64,000 nucleotides of DNA from Prevotella sp. (GTDB lineage Bacteria; Bacteroidota; Bacteroidia; Bacteroidales; Bacteroidaceae): positions 3,509 through 67,508 of the forward strand of contig JAFVGI010000039.1 in assembly GCA_017475005.1 (NCBI GenBank), given 5' to 3'. This document shows, piece after piece, positions 51,064-59,963 of this stretch. The position numbers and the translations under genes are program-made. The notes beneath the pieces were generated by a model. The model worked only from the letters and a program-made list of their open reading frames with translations. It was not told the DNA's origin and searched no databases. How positions within the stretch are numbered: position 1 is the first letter of the stretch; the number at the start of each line of letters is the position of its first letter.

Positions 51064-51284
51064 AGAATTGTATATTTTTACCTTATTCTATTATATTTGT
51101 TCTGGGTGCAAAATTAAGGAATTTATTCTTGACTACCAAATTTTTGACTATAAAAATAAAACCTGCCCCTGCAAGAATTCTCTCGCAGGGGCAGGAATTG
51201 TATTTTAGAGTGGAGTGAGAGAGGAATTAAGAAGGTTGATGGTTGATGTATCGGCTTTCGCCGAGGTTAATGTTTGATGGTTGA

Positions 51285-51360
51285 AGTACTTCTTACATCT
51301 TACTTCTTCCTTCCTACTCGCGTCAGCGATACATCATACTTCCTACCTCTTCCTTCATAC
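51285..51360 (-). repeat. Degenerate heptamer array after peptide B
   Basis: CTTACAT CTTACTT CTTCCTT ... CATACTT CCTACCT CTTCCTT on + strand. Confidence 0.7.
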
Positions 51361-51366
51361 ATCGGA

Positions 51367-51531
51367 TTACTCATCGTAATCCGCCTCTTCTTCCCATCCA
51401 GAGAAGCGACTGCGACGAGCTGCTGCTTGAGAGCCGTCCTTTTCCCCTTCACCAAAGTCTGATGTTGCTATAAACTGCGCTGGCTGGATCTTTACTACCT
51501 TCAAGGTAGGAATCATATATGTCTTTTTCAT
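51367..51531 (-). CDS. Small peptide B, 54 aa (not in track)
   Basis: MKKTYMIPTLKVVKIQPAQFIATSDFGEGEKDGSQAAARRSRFSGWEEEADYDE; paralog of peptide A. Confidence 0.85.
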   Translation of the reverse strand: MKKTYMIPTLKVVKIQPAQFIATSDFGEGEKDGSQAAARRSRFSGWEEEADYDE

Positions 51532-51547
51532 TGTTGTAATATTTACG

Positions 51548-51710
51548 ACCCCACCCCTGCCCTCCCAAGGGAGGGAGTAAGGTCTTGTTTATAATTTATG
51601 GCCCCCTCCCTGCCTCCCCAAATGGGAGGAGTGGATTAGGGGCTTGTTTTTAATTTCTTGTATTTTTCACTCTCCCTACCCCCTCCCCTTGGGAGGGGCG
51701 GGGTGGGGTC
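51548..51710. repeat. Three GC-rich REP-like palindromes
   Basis: CCCTCCCAAGGGAGGG, CCTCCCCAAATGGGAGG, CCCCTCCCCTTGGGAGGGG. Confidence 0.75.
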
Positions 51711-51717
51711 GTGTATT

Positions 51718-53901
51718 TTATTTTACTATCTGTCCTGCTGCATTAAACTTCTTGCCGTTCTTGAGGATAACGAGCTTGCCATCCTTGAAGAACTTACCTT
51801 CCTTCTGACCTGCTTCAGCAGCAGCCTCAACATTTGCAACACCTGTGATGTTACCACCAAATGAGATACGGAGACCACGAGCACCAGCAGCTGTTGGATC
51901 GTTATCACAGTGCAGATAAGCCTTGGTTGTTGCTACGGTACCACTACCTATCTTATAGAACAAACCATCACTATAGAGGATATAGTCGAATGTTGAGCCA
52001 TCGAACTCTGTAGTACCATCGCCAGCAACAAACATATTCTCTTCTGGTGCAGAAGCATAAGCAACTACAGGAACTTTATACTCTGTGGTTGCTGTACCAA
52101 TCAGCATAAGTGGAGTTCCTGCAGGAACAGCACCAACCTTTTCAAGTGTTACAGATCCATTAGCAGCTGCTGTAGCAACATAAGCATCAAGACCTTCAAC
52201 ATCTGTGAAATCAAGAGCTTTTGTTGTTACATAAGTTGACTTAGCAGTAGCAGGAGTGATAGAAACAGTATAATCACCTGTACGAGTAAACATAAGGAAG
52301 TCCATGTTCAAGTTAGAGTTATTATCACCTGCTTTCAATACAAACTTTGCTCCATCAGGAATACTTACACTAACTGTTTTTTCAGCAGTTGATGCTTTCG
52401 CCCAATCTTCAAATTGTATCTCAAGTGGAGTAATGGTTCCACCTTCATCCATAATAGCTATTGTTATATTATCAGAAACGCTACTACTTTGATTTCGTGC
52501 ATTCATACTAAGAGTATATACACCACCAGCAAGAGCTTCTGTATAAGCATAATTCTTTGCATAATGACGAGGAGCTACTCCATTAGAAGAACGATTTGCC
52601 AAACCGTCATTTCTCCATCCACCATAACTGCCAACTTGGACAACAGGCAAACCCTCTACTTCAAAGAAATATTTCACATTTTCATTCGCTGTATAAGAAA
52701 CGGTATTTGTTCCTGCTACCACGTCTATACCATAATATGGTTCTGCACCATTCTGGTTGCGTATATACCAAACTCCATCCTTTTTAACAGCCTTATGATA
52801 ATATACTCTTGCACTTTCTCCTTCTACGATAGAGCCCGAAGCGATTTCTTCTAGTACACTTAAATTAGCAGAATTAATTGCATTTAATGTGTAAGATTCT
52901 ACTGTAGCCTTTCGGAAATTGACAGTTACAACAGTAGAGCCATCCTCAGCTACGGTTTGTTCACTTGCATCATCCGAGCTATACATGTACTTCTCAGAAG
53001 GTTCACCATACCAAATAGGATTCTTATCCGAATCGACGATAGTAGTTGTATTGCCAACCTTTGCACTTTCTACTACTCTTGCACTTTTGATTTCGGTTTC
53101 ACCATACTTGTACTCAATCGTATAGTCAGCATATTTCTCGCTAGCGTCAGTATAGACATCTACACATAGATTGTCTATATATACTGCAGATACACTATTT
53201 ACACCTGTTTGTATATCAATCTGAGTACATGCTGATGCTGTCGCGTTAAAGAAGTCTGCATCTGTAGCAGAAACCAAAACAGCATCAGTTGATTTATTTT
53301 TCATAGTATAAGATATCTTACTGTTCGTAACATCTATAGTAGCACTGATAGTTACCCACAAGTCAAGAACCTCATTAGCTTTCAATGCGGTAGTTGAACC
53401 TATTGGATTCCCATTTACTGAAGCATAATTCTCATTTGTCTTTCCATTAAGTTTTCCACGTTCCGTACCAAAAACAAAAATAGCTCCTGTTCCATTATAA
53501 CTCCATGCTCCTGTTGTATTAAAAATGCTTGAAGTACGATAAGTAGCATCGCCTATAGAGACCTTAACTTGACCAGAAGTCGTTGGAAGATAACAGTCAA
53601 AAGACACATCCACTTTAACAGCAGTCTTCGCTTCGGCACTAAAATCATAATAAGCAAAAGCACCAGGAACAGCGTTTCCTGCATTACTTGCAGAGGTAAA
53701 ATTCACGGCGTGATTACCTGATTCTGCAGGATACTCTGTATTTGCAACGCCACCACGACCTGTAAATGTAAATACAGTCTCACTATTTTCGAAGTCACAA
53801 TTTATGACATTCGTTTTTTTTAAATCCGCCCACGCGTTTTGTCCTACGCAGAGGAGAGCGACTGCGAGGAGCGTCTTTGTTAGCAATAAAATTTTTTTCA
53901 T
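51718..53901 (-). CDS. Secreted surface protein with T9SS C-terminal sorting domain
   Basis: Signal peptide; C-terminal region (ARGLRI..ITG...KEGKFFKDGKLVILKNGKKFNAAGQIVK) homologous to 45936-49295. Confidence 0.8.
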   Translation of the reverse strand: MKKILLLTKTLLAVALLCVGQNAWADLKKTNVINCDFENSETVFTFTGRGGVANTEYPAESGNHAVNFTSASNAGNAVPGAFAYYDFSAEAKTAVKVDVSFDCYLPTTSGQVKVSIGDATYRTSSIFNTTGAWSYNGTGAIFVFGTERGKLNGKTNENYASVNGNPIGSTTALKANEVLDLWVTISATIDVTNSKISYTMKNKSTDAVLVSATDADFFNATASACTQIDIQTGVNSVSAVYIDNLCVDVYTDASEKYADYTIEYKYGETEIKSARVVESAKVGNTTTIVDSDKNPIWYGEPSEKYMYSSDDASEQTVAEDGSTVVTVNFRKATVESYTLNAINSANLSVLEEIASGSIVEGESARVYYHKAVKKDGVWYIRNQNGAEPYYGIDVVAGTNTVSYTANENVKYFFEVEGLPVVQVGSYGGWRNDGLANRSSNGVAPRHYAKNYAYTEALAGGVYTLSMNARNQSSSVSDNITIAIMDEGGTITPLEIQFEDWAKASTAEKTVSVSIPDGAKFVLKAGDNNSNLNMDFLMFTRTGDYTVSITPATAKSTYVTTKALDFTDVEGLDAYVATAAANGSVTLEKVGAVPAGTPLMLIGTATTEYKVPVVAYASAPEENMFVAGDGTTEFDGSTFDYILYSDGLFYKIGSGTVATTKAYLHCDNDPTAAGARGLRISFGGNITGVANVEAAAEAGQKEGKFFKDGKLVILKNGKKFNAAGQIVK

Positions 53902-54002
53902 TGTTTTGGTTTAATTAGTTAATTTAAATGTTTATATAAAAATAATGTTTATCGAATCTTCAAAAGGACCCTAAAGGGTCAGGCAATTTCACAACTGCGC
54001 CG

Positions 54003-54010
54003 CAAAATTA
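54003..54010 (-). promoter_or_regulatory. -7 promoter element (TAATTTTG) for the 727-aa gene
   Basis: TAnnTTTG about 100 nt upstream of the ATG; the analogous TAAATTTG at 49428-49435 precedes the 1119-aa gene. Confidence 0.55.
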
Positions 54011-54623
54011 TAAAATAATTTTATATCCAATACTCTTGATACTCGTCAATTTGCTGGTTTTTAACACTAGCGCCTCAAATTTAGCTTTCTTTAACACTTT
54101 TCCCTTGTTATTTGTATTATAACAAAAACTAATAATTCTCTGTGTTTAGCTCGCGCGTAGGGCTTTAGAACAAAAACCAAATTTACTGTTAGACCTATAA
54201 GAAACACAAGGAGTCAAATACATAATCCTGTTTTTCAGGTTTGGAACAAACCGAGGTTCTTCGCCTGGCAAGGGTATAACCTGACAAAGGAAGGTGTAGG
54301 AGTTTAAGGAAAAGGGACATAAAAGTTTACTTTTAATGGCACTCATACTTGAAGTACTACAAAAGTCAGAAAAGACTTATGCCATTGACAGGGGTTTTAA
54401 AGGTTTTTGTTTAAAATCAAACACAAGTTTATGCAGGTGAACCACAAAATTTAGGTTTTTCTTTTTGAGGTTTTTGTTTCAAAACTAATCCGTAAGGCAG
54501 CACAAAAGTATCTTTTGCTGTCTAAATGCGTGGACAAATGTGTGTTTGTGTACTTTTTTGTTATACAAACGTACAGAATTTGAGAAATTTTATTTACATT
54601 TGCACAATGTATAATCTACTATA

Positions 54624-55538
54624 ATGACAGCGAAACCTAACCTAAAGAAGAAATCCGGATTTGTTGGCGAACGATTTACTATCGTGCCATCCAAAATGCT
54701 TGAGATGGCAGCCGCTGACCCACGAATCTCTGACCTTTACATTTCCGCCATAGGGTACTTCCCTTTGGCACAATATCACCAGAACAATAGCAAAGAAAGT
54801 ATCAGCCGTTGTTTGCTCATCTTTTGCAAAGAGGGCAAAGGATGGGTTAAAGTGGGCAACAAACACAAGCAGCAGTTAGAGGCCAACCAATTTATTATGA
54901 TACCAAGTGGTGAAGAATACTCCTATGGAGCTGATGACGAAGACCCTTGGACCATTTATTGGATATACTTCGACGGAGCAAAGGCAAAACTGATGTGCAA
55001 GGACTTTGACAAGCCACAAGGAGTGTCATCAATTGTTGACTATCATGCCTTTTACCGTATAGAACTATTTGAGGAGATATATTTCATGCTTGGTGACGGA
55101 CACAACATTAATCGAATGATATATGCGAGTCTCTGCTTCCATCACCTGCTGGCAACATTGTCATATGTAGATTTGTATTTAGAGGTGACAAACAGGCGCA
55201 GGCCTTCTGACAACTTCGTGCATGTTGCCATCTCATATATGTCAGAACGCATAGAATCGACTCTGTCAATAAACGACTTGGCAGCAAAATGCGGCTATAG
55301 CAGAAGTCACTTTACGCATATCTTTACCAAAGAAATGGGAATGGCACCAAAGGAATATTTTCTGAGAATGAAGATAAATCGTGCCTGTCTGCTGCTGAAG
55401 AATACCAACGAGAGTATTATAGAGATTGCTATGCGAATGGGATTCGGAGAAGGACAATACTTCTCACGCACCTTCAGAAAGATAAAGGGACTTACTGCAA
55501 CACAATATCGCAAGCAGAATAAAACAAATAACGATTAG
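54624..55538 (+). CDS. AraC-family transcriptional regulator (cupin + HTH)
   Basis: IGYFP, YGAD..DPWTIYW, IAMRMGF....YFSR.F.K..G. Confidence 0.92.
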   Translation: MTAKPNLKKKSGFVGERFTIVPSKMLEMAAADPRISDLYISAIGYFPLAQYHQNNSKESISRCLLIFCKEGKGWVKVGNKHKQQLEANQFIMIPSGEEYSYGADDEDPWTIYWIYFDGAKAKLMCKDFDKPQGVSSIVDYHAFYRIELFEEIYFMLGDGHNINRMIYASLCFHHLLATLSYVDLYLEVTNRRRPSDNFVHVAISYMSERIESTLSINDLAAKCGYSRSHFTHIFTKEMGMAPKEYFLRMKINRACLLLKNTNESIIEIAMRMGFGEGQYFSRTFRKIKGLTATQYRKQNKTNND

Positions 55539-55556
55539 TTTCTTTTTTATAGAAAC

Positions 55557-55593
55557 AAAAAAAAAGAGAGGAGGTACTCGCAGCCTCCTCTCA
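55557..55593. terminator. Terminator between convergent araC and ackA
   Basis: A-run then GAGAGGAGG-loop-CCTCCTCTC. Confidence 0.75.
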
Positions 55594-55612
55594 TTATTTA
55601 TATATAATATAT

Positions 55613-55684
55613 AAGGGAGTGGAAAGGGAGTGAAAAGGGAGTGAAAGGGGAGTGGAAAGGGATTACTCCTCTATTACTCCCTTA
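55613..55684. repeat. 11-bp tandem array (GGGAGTGRAAA) with inverted TTACTCC units
   Basis: Directly visible. Confidence 0.8.
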
Positions 55685-55711
55685 GAAGTTGAGCGCATGC
55701 GAAACTAAAAC

Positions 55712-56905
55712 CTACTTCACAAGAGCCATTGTGTCTGTAGCAATCATCAGCTCTTCGTCTGTGGGGATAACCACAACCTTCACCTTTGAGTCAGGAGCAG
55801 AGATGACTGCTTCCTTACCACGAACAGTAGCATTGACAGCTTTGTCAATCTTGATGCCCATAAACTCAAGGCCCTCACAGGCAGCCTCACGCATACCGGT
55901 CTGATTCTCACCTACTCCAGCAGTAAATACGAGGACATCGCAACCGCCCATAGCAGCAGCATAGGCACCAATATACTTCTTGATGCGGTAGAAATAAGAT
56001 GCCTGAGCCACCTCAGCCTTCTTGTCGCCACTCTTGGCTGCAGCCTCTACATCACGCATATCAGAATAGCCACAAAGGCCCTGAACGCCTGACTTCTTGT
56101 TCAACAGGTTGCTAACACCATCAGCATCGAGGTTGAGCTTCTTCTGAATGAAGGTAACAGCACCACCATCGATGTCACCAGAGCGAGTACCCATCATGAC
56201 ACCCTCAAGTGGTGTAAGACCCATAGTGGTATCAACACACTTGCCATCAACAACAGCAGCAAGAGAGCCGCCATTACCGATGTGGGCTGTAATCATCTTG
56301 CAGCCCTGCTGAGGTATGCCGAGGAAGTCGCAAGCACGCTTTGAGACATAGCGATGAGAGGTTCCGTGGAAGCCATAACGACGAACACCATACTTCTCAT
56401 ACAACTCGTAAGGAACAGCATACATATATGCCTTTGCCGGCATTGTCTGATGGAAGGCAGTATCAAAGACGCCTACCTGTGGGAGGCCTGGCATCAGTTC
56501 TGATACAGCATTTACGCCCTTCATATTTGCTGGGTTGTGCAAAGGAGCGAGGTCAGAAACAGCCTCGAAAGCCTTAATCACCTCAGGAGTGATGACAACT
56601 GACTCAGTAAACTTCTCACCACCATGCACCATACGATGACCAACAGCATTTATCTCGTCGAGAGACTTTATGACGCCTATCTCAGGGTCAGTAAGGAGTG
56701 AGAAGATAAACTTCACACCTTCTGTATGCTCTGGGATATCGTGCATAATCTGTTTCTTTTCACCATTAGGGAGCTTCACCTTTACGAAAGCGCCATCAAG
56801 GCCTACTCTCTCAGCACCACCACTGGTCATAACACTCTTGTCATCCATATTGTACAAAGCGTACTTAATGGAAGACGAACCGCAATTTAAAACTAATATT
56901 TTCAT
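55712..56905 (-). CDS. ackA: Acetate kinase
   Basis: LNCGSSSIK, GHRMVHGG, LAPLHN, FDTAFH, YGFHGTSH, PTDEE. Confidence 0.97.
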   Translation of the reverse strand: MKILVLNCGSSSIKYALYNMDDKSVMTSGGAERVGLDGAFVKVKLPNGEKKQIMHDIPEHTEGVKFIFSLLTDPEIGVIKSLDEINAVGHRMVHGGEKFTESVVITPEVIKAFEAVSDLAPLHNPANMKGVNAVSELMPGLPQVGVFDTAFHQTMPAKAYMYAVPYELYEKYGVRRYGFHGTSHRYVSKRACDFLGIPQQGCKMITAHIGNGGSLAAVVDGKCVDTTMGLTPLEGVMMGTRSGDIDGGAVTFIQKKLNLDADGVSNLLNKKSGVQGLCGYSDMRDVEAAAKSGDKKAEVAQASYFYRIKKYIGAYAAAMGGCDVLVFTAGVGENQTGMREAACEGLEFMGIKIDKAVNATVRGKEAVISAPDSKVKVVVIPTDEELMIATDTMALVK

Positions 56906-56910
56906 AATTT

Positions 56911-57399
56911 AAGTGAAGAGTAAAGAGTGAAGAGTGAAGAATACCTACGCCACTCACTCACACTGTCAACTCTTTTAGTTAATTAATTTTTTTCTTTATA
57001 GTTTTTATCGATGATATTAACAAGGCTATAACCTCATTACAATCTGATGCCATACTCTCAAATCCTTTTTCATCCAAAACTCCTGTATCATGAAGCAGAT
57101 TTAACCAGTTCATGGTTTCGTTGGCTTCTTTGAGAGCTATATGAAGTTTTGAAGCGAAGTCTGAAGGGCTTTGTGCGAATTCTGATTCATGAACATTGGC
57201 AGATACTGACGTCCCCGATTTTAACACTTGCGTGTATATAGCCTGCAATTTCCAATCATTACTCGTGAAATGCATAAACATATTCACAATTCTAACAGCA
57301 AATGCATAACTCTTTGTATGTAATGGTCCGCCTTCTCTATTATAATGTATCATATAGTTCGTGCAACATTCTTCACTCTTCATTCTTCGCTCTTCACTT
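56911..57399 (-). mobile_element. Four-helix-bundle gene insert bounded by 32-bp inverted heptamer arms
   Basis: 56911-56942 and the reverse complement of 57368-57399 match at 29 of 32 positions. Confidence 0.7.
56979..57353 (-). CDS. Four helix bundle protein (23S rRNA IVP / TIGR02436-like, Avd-related fold)
   Basis: KSYAFAVRIV, QVLKSGTSVSANVHE, AQS..DF..KL.IALKEANET..WL.LL. Confidence 0.9.
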   Translation of the reverse strand: MIHYNREGGPLHTKSYAFAVRIVNMFMHFTSNDWKLQAIYTQVLKSGTSVSANVHESEFAQSPSDFASKLHIALKEANETMNWLNLLHDTGVLDEKGFESMASDCNEVIALLISSIKTIKKKIN

Positions 57400-58404
57400 C
57401 TTAGCATCCATTGCCTGGCATGCTGTGATAGCGACGAGGTTTACGATGTCCTCTACAGAGCAGCCGCGTGAGAGGTCGTTAACTGGGCGGGCGATGCCCT
57501 GAAGGATTGGGCCGAGAGCCTGAGCACCAGCAAGACGCTGTACGAGTTTATAGCCTATATTACCGACTTCGAGGTTAGGGAATACGAGGACATTTGCCTT
57601 ACCAGCAATCTCTGAACCAGGAGCTTTCTTTGAGCCAACACTTGGTACGAGAGCAGCATCAGCCTGCAGCTCACCATCAACCTTAAGAGTAGGATCAAGC
57701 TGCTTTGCAACAGCAGTAGCCTCGACAACCTTATCAACAACCTCATGACTTGCACTACCCTTGGTAGAGAAAGAGCACATAGCAACTCGAGGCTCAGCGA
57801 AGCCTGCAACGCTCTTGGCTGTCTGAGCAGCACAAACGGCAATCTGTCCCAACTGCTGTGCATCAGGCATAGGAGTTACAGCAACATCAGCAAAGACGAG
57901 GACACCATCCTCACCATATTCAGGTTTGTCAGTAATCATAAGCATTGCACCAGAAACACAAGTGATGCCAGGGGCTGTCTTGATAATCTGGAGTGCAGGA
58001 CGAAGAGTGTCACCAGTAGTAGAGAGAGCACCAGAAATCTGGCCATCAGCACCTTCTGTCTTGATAATCATACATCCGAGATAAAGCGGATTCTTCACCA
58101 GTTCGTGAGCTTGCTCAAGACTCAAGCCCTTCTTCTGACGCAACTGGAAAAGAAGTTGTGCCAACTCCTCTGAACGCTCATAGTTCTCAGGATCGATAAG
58201 GGTTGCCTTGTCAATATTCTTCAGGCCCTTCTCTGCTGCCAGAGCATGCACCTTGTCTGGATTGCCGATAAGGATGAGGTCAGCGATATCTTCTGCCAAC
58301 ACGATGTCTGCAGCACAGAGAGTACGCTCCTCTTCTGCCTCAGGAAGTACAATGCGCTGTTTGTTTGCCTTAGCGCGAGCAATGATTTTTTCAATTAGAC
58401 TCAT
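57394..58404 (-). CDS. pta: Phosphate acetyltransferase
   Basis: [41 protein letters not shown]. Confidence 0.97.
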   Translation of the reverse strand: MSLIEKIIARAKANKQRIVLPEAEEERTLCAADIVLAEDIADLILIGNPDKVHALAAEKGLKNIDKATLIDPENYERSEELAQLLFQLRQKKGLSLEQAHELVKNPLYLGCMIIKTEGADGQISGALSTTGDTLRPALQIIKTAPGITCVSGAMLMITDKPEYGEDGVLVFADVAVTPMPDAQQLGQIAVCAAQTAKSVAGFAEPRVAMCSFSTKGSASHEVVDKVVEATAVAKQLDPTLKVDGELQADAALVPSVGSKKAPGSEIAGKANVLVFPNLEVGNIGYKLVQRLAGAQALGPILQGIARPVNDLSRGCSVEDIVNLVAITACQAMDAKK

Positions 58405-58428
58405 AGTGGTTTATTGTATTGATTATGT

Positions 58429-59193
58429 TTATGAATTTATTATCTTTTCTAATTCTTCTGCAGAAAGACGCAAGCGGAAATTACCGTTTATCGCAGCACT
58501 GATGCGGCCTGTTTCTTCCGAAACTACTATTGCTATAGCATCCGAATGCTGCGAAATACCCATTGCAGAACGATGGCGCAAGCCTAACTCGCGAGGAATA
58601 TCCAGATTATGGCTTACAGGAAGGATACATCCTGCTGCCTTGATGCGATTATTGCTGATTATCATAGCACCATCATGGAGGGGAGAATTCTTGAAGAAGA
58701 TATTCTCAATGAGGCGCTGATTGATAGCAGCATCTATCTTATCGCCTGTCTCAACGATATCGTTAAGGGGATTGTTACGTTCCAGGACTATCAATGCTCC
58801 GCACTTATTTCGTGCCATATTGATACATGCCATAACGATAGGCATTGTGTTAGCATGAGCCACCTTTTCGTTTTCATTGGATTTACTTACCAGCCATCCG
58901 ATAAAAGACCCTTTTGTACGACGTTCACCCATACGGAAGAGGAACTTGCGGATTTCCTTCTGGAAGATGATGAATATCGCCAGAGCACCTACTGCTACGA
59001 ATTTATCGAACAAGGCGCCCATCATCTTCATCTCCAGCACACGGCTGACGAAGAGCCATATCACAATAAATGTGAGGGTGCCGACGAACATATTAAGGGT
59101 TCTCGTCTCTCGCATGAAGCGATAGACGTAATAAAGAACCATTGCTACAAGCAATATGTCAATTGCATCCCTTATGCCGAAAGTGAAAAACAT
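58429..59193 (-). CDS. cdaA: Diadenylate cyclase CdaA
   Basis: Three TM segments, SPLHDGA, GLRHR, VSEETG. Confidence 0.92.
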   Translation of the reverse strand: MFFTFGIRDAIDILLVAMVLYYVYRFMRETRTLNMFVGTLTFIVIWLFVSRVLEMKMMGALFDKFVAVGALAIFIIFQKEIRKFLFRMGERRTKGSFIGWLVSKSNENEKVAHANTMPIVMACINMARNKCGALIVLERNNPLNDIVETGDKIDAAINQRLIENIFFKNSPLHDGAMIISNNRIKAAGCILPVSHNLDIPRELGLRHRSAMGISQHSDAIAIVVSEETGRISAAINGNFRLRLSAEELEKIINS

Positions 59194-59961
59194 TTATAGT
59201 AAGTCGTGAGTTCTAATTATATCAGCCCCCTGAAGCATCGCAATATGGTTAATCAACCTTGTGCCTGCGAGTGTTGCATCACTGTCTGGTGTAGTACCGA
59301 GTATCTCGTATATCATACGCTTTCTGCTGACACCAACAAGGAGCAAATTGTCAGGGAATTCCTGTTTTATCTTGTGCAAGTTTAGTAGTATGTCATACTC
59401 CTGCTGCCGTGTTTTACCAAAGCCGAAGCCTGGATCCAGGATCACCTCTATGGATGGCTGCAAAGAGTGTATCTCTTCTATCTTCCTCCTAAAATCGCGT
59501 ATGATAGCATCTATATCCGCCTCGCTGGAGGTAAGCACATAACTGGCATCCGGCATAGCACATGCCACATTGCCAGAAATGTCATTGATGATGCTGACAC
59601 CATACTCCTCAACTACCTTTCGGGCAACCTCGGGACGAAAAGTGTCAACGCTAATCAAGGCATTGGGTAACTCCTTCTGCAACAATTCCAAAGCATGACA
59701 CACACGATGCATCTCCTCTTCTTCGCTTACCGGGGCGCTGCCTGGGCGGGTTGAACAGCCACCTACATCTATGATAGCCTTATCACCACCAAGAGTGAGT
59801 ATCTCTCTGGCACGTGAAAGAATTTCTTCATCTGTCTGCTTGCGAGAAGCAGCATAGAAGGAATCAGGCGTCACATTGAGGATGCCCATCATAATGACTT
59901 CGCCACAAAGGTAATGTTTTTTTTTGATATTCATTATTGTGGATTTAGACGACTGTGTCAT
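59194..59961 (-). CDS. folP: Dihydropteroate synthase
   Basis: MGILNVTPDSF, STRPG, SVDTF, DPGFGFGK, GVSRK. Confidence 0.92.
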   Translation of the reverse strand: MTQSSKSTIMNIKKKHYLCGEVIMMGILNVTPDSFYAASRKQTDEEILSRAREILTLGGDKAIIDVGGCSTRPGSAPVSEEEEMHRVCHALELLQKELPNALISVDTFRPEVARKVVEEYGVSIINDISGNVACAMPDASYVLTSSEADIDAIIRDFRRKIEEIHSLQPSIEVILDPGFGFGKTRQQEYDILLNLHKIKQEFPDNLLLVGVSRKRMIYEILGTTPDSDATLAGTRLINHIAMLQGADIIRTHDLL

Positions 59962-59963
59962 TT

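Larger units (their letters stand above)
50309..51202 (-). mobile_element. Two-gene cassette bounded by direct repeats of a terminator hairpin
   Basis: Identical 37-bp core AAAACCTGCCCCTGCAAGAATTCTCTCGCAGGGGCAG at 50318-50354 and 51158-51194. Confidence 0.6.

Noticed and set aside
44817-51202. Integron cassette array
   Set aside because: No integron integrase; the repeats are terminator-like, differ between cassettes and lack clear attC R-box ends; the cassettes carry their own promoters
56979-57353. Diversity-generating retroelement inferred from the Avd-like protein
   Set aside because: No reverse transcriptase and no TR/VR pair with adenine-specific mismatches seen in the window
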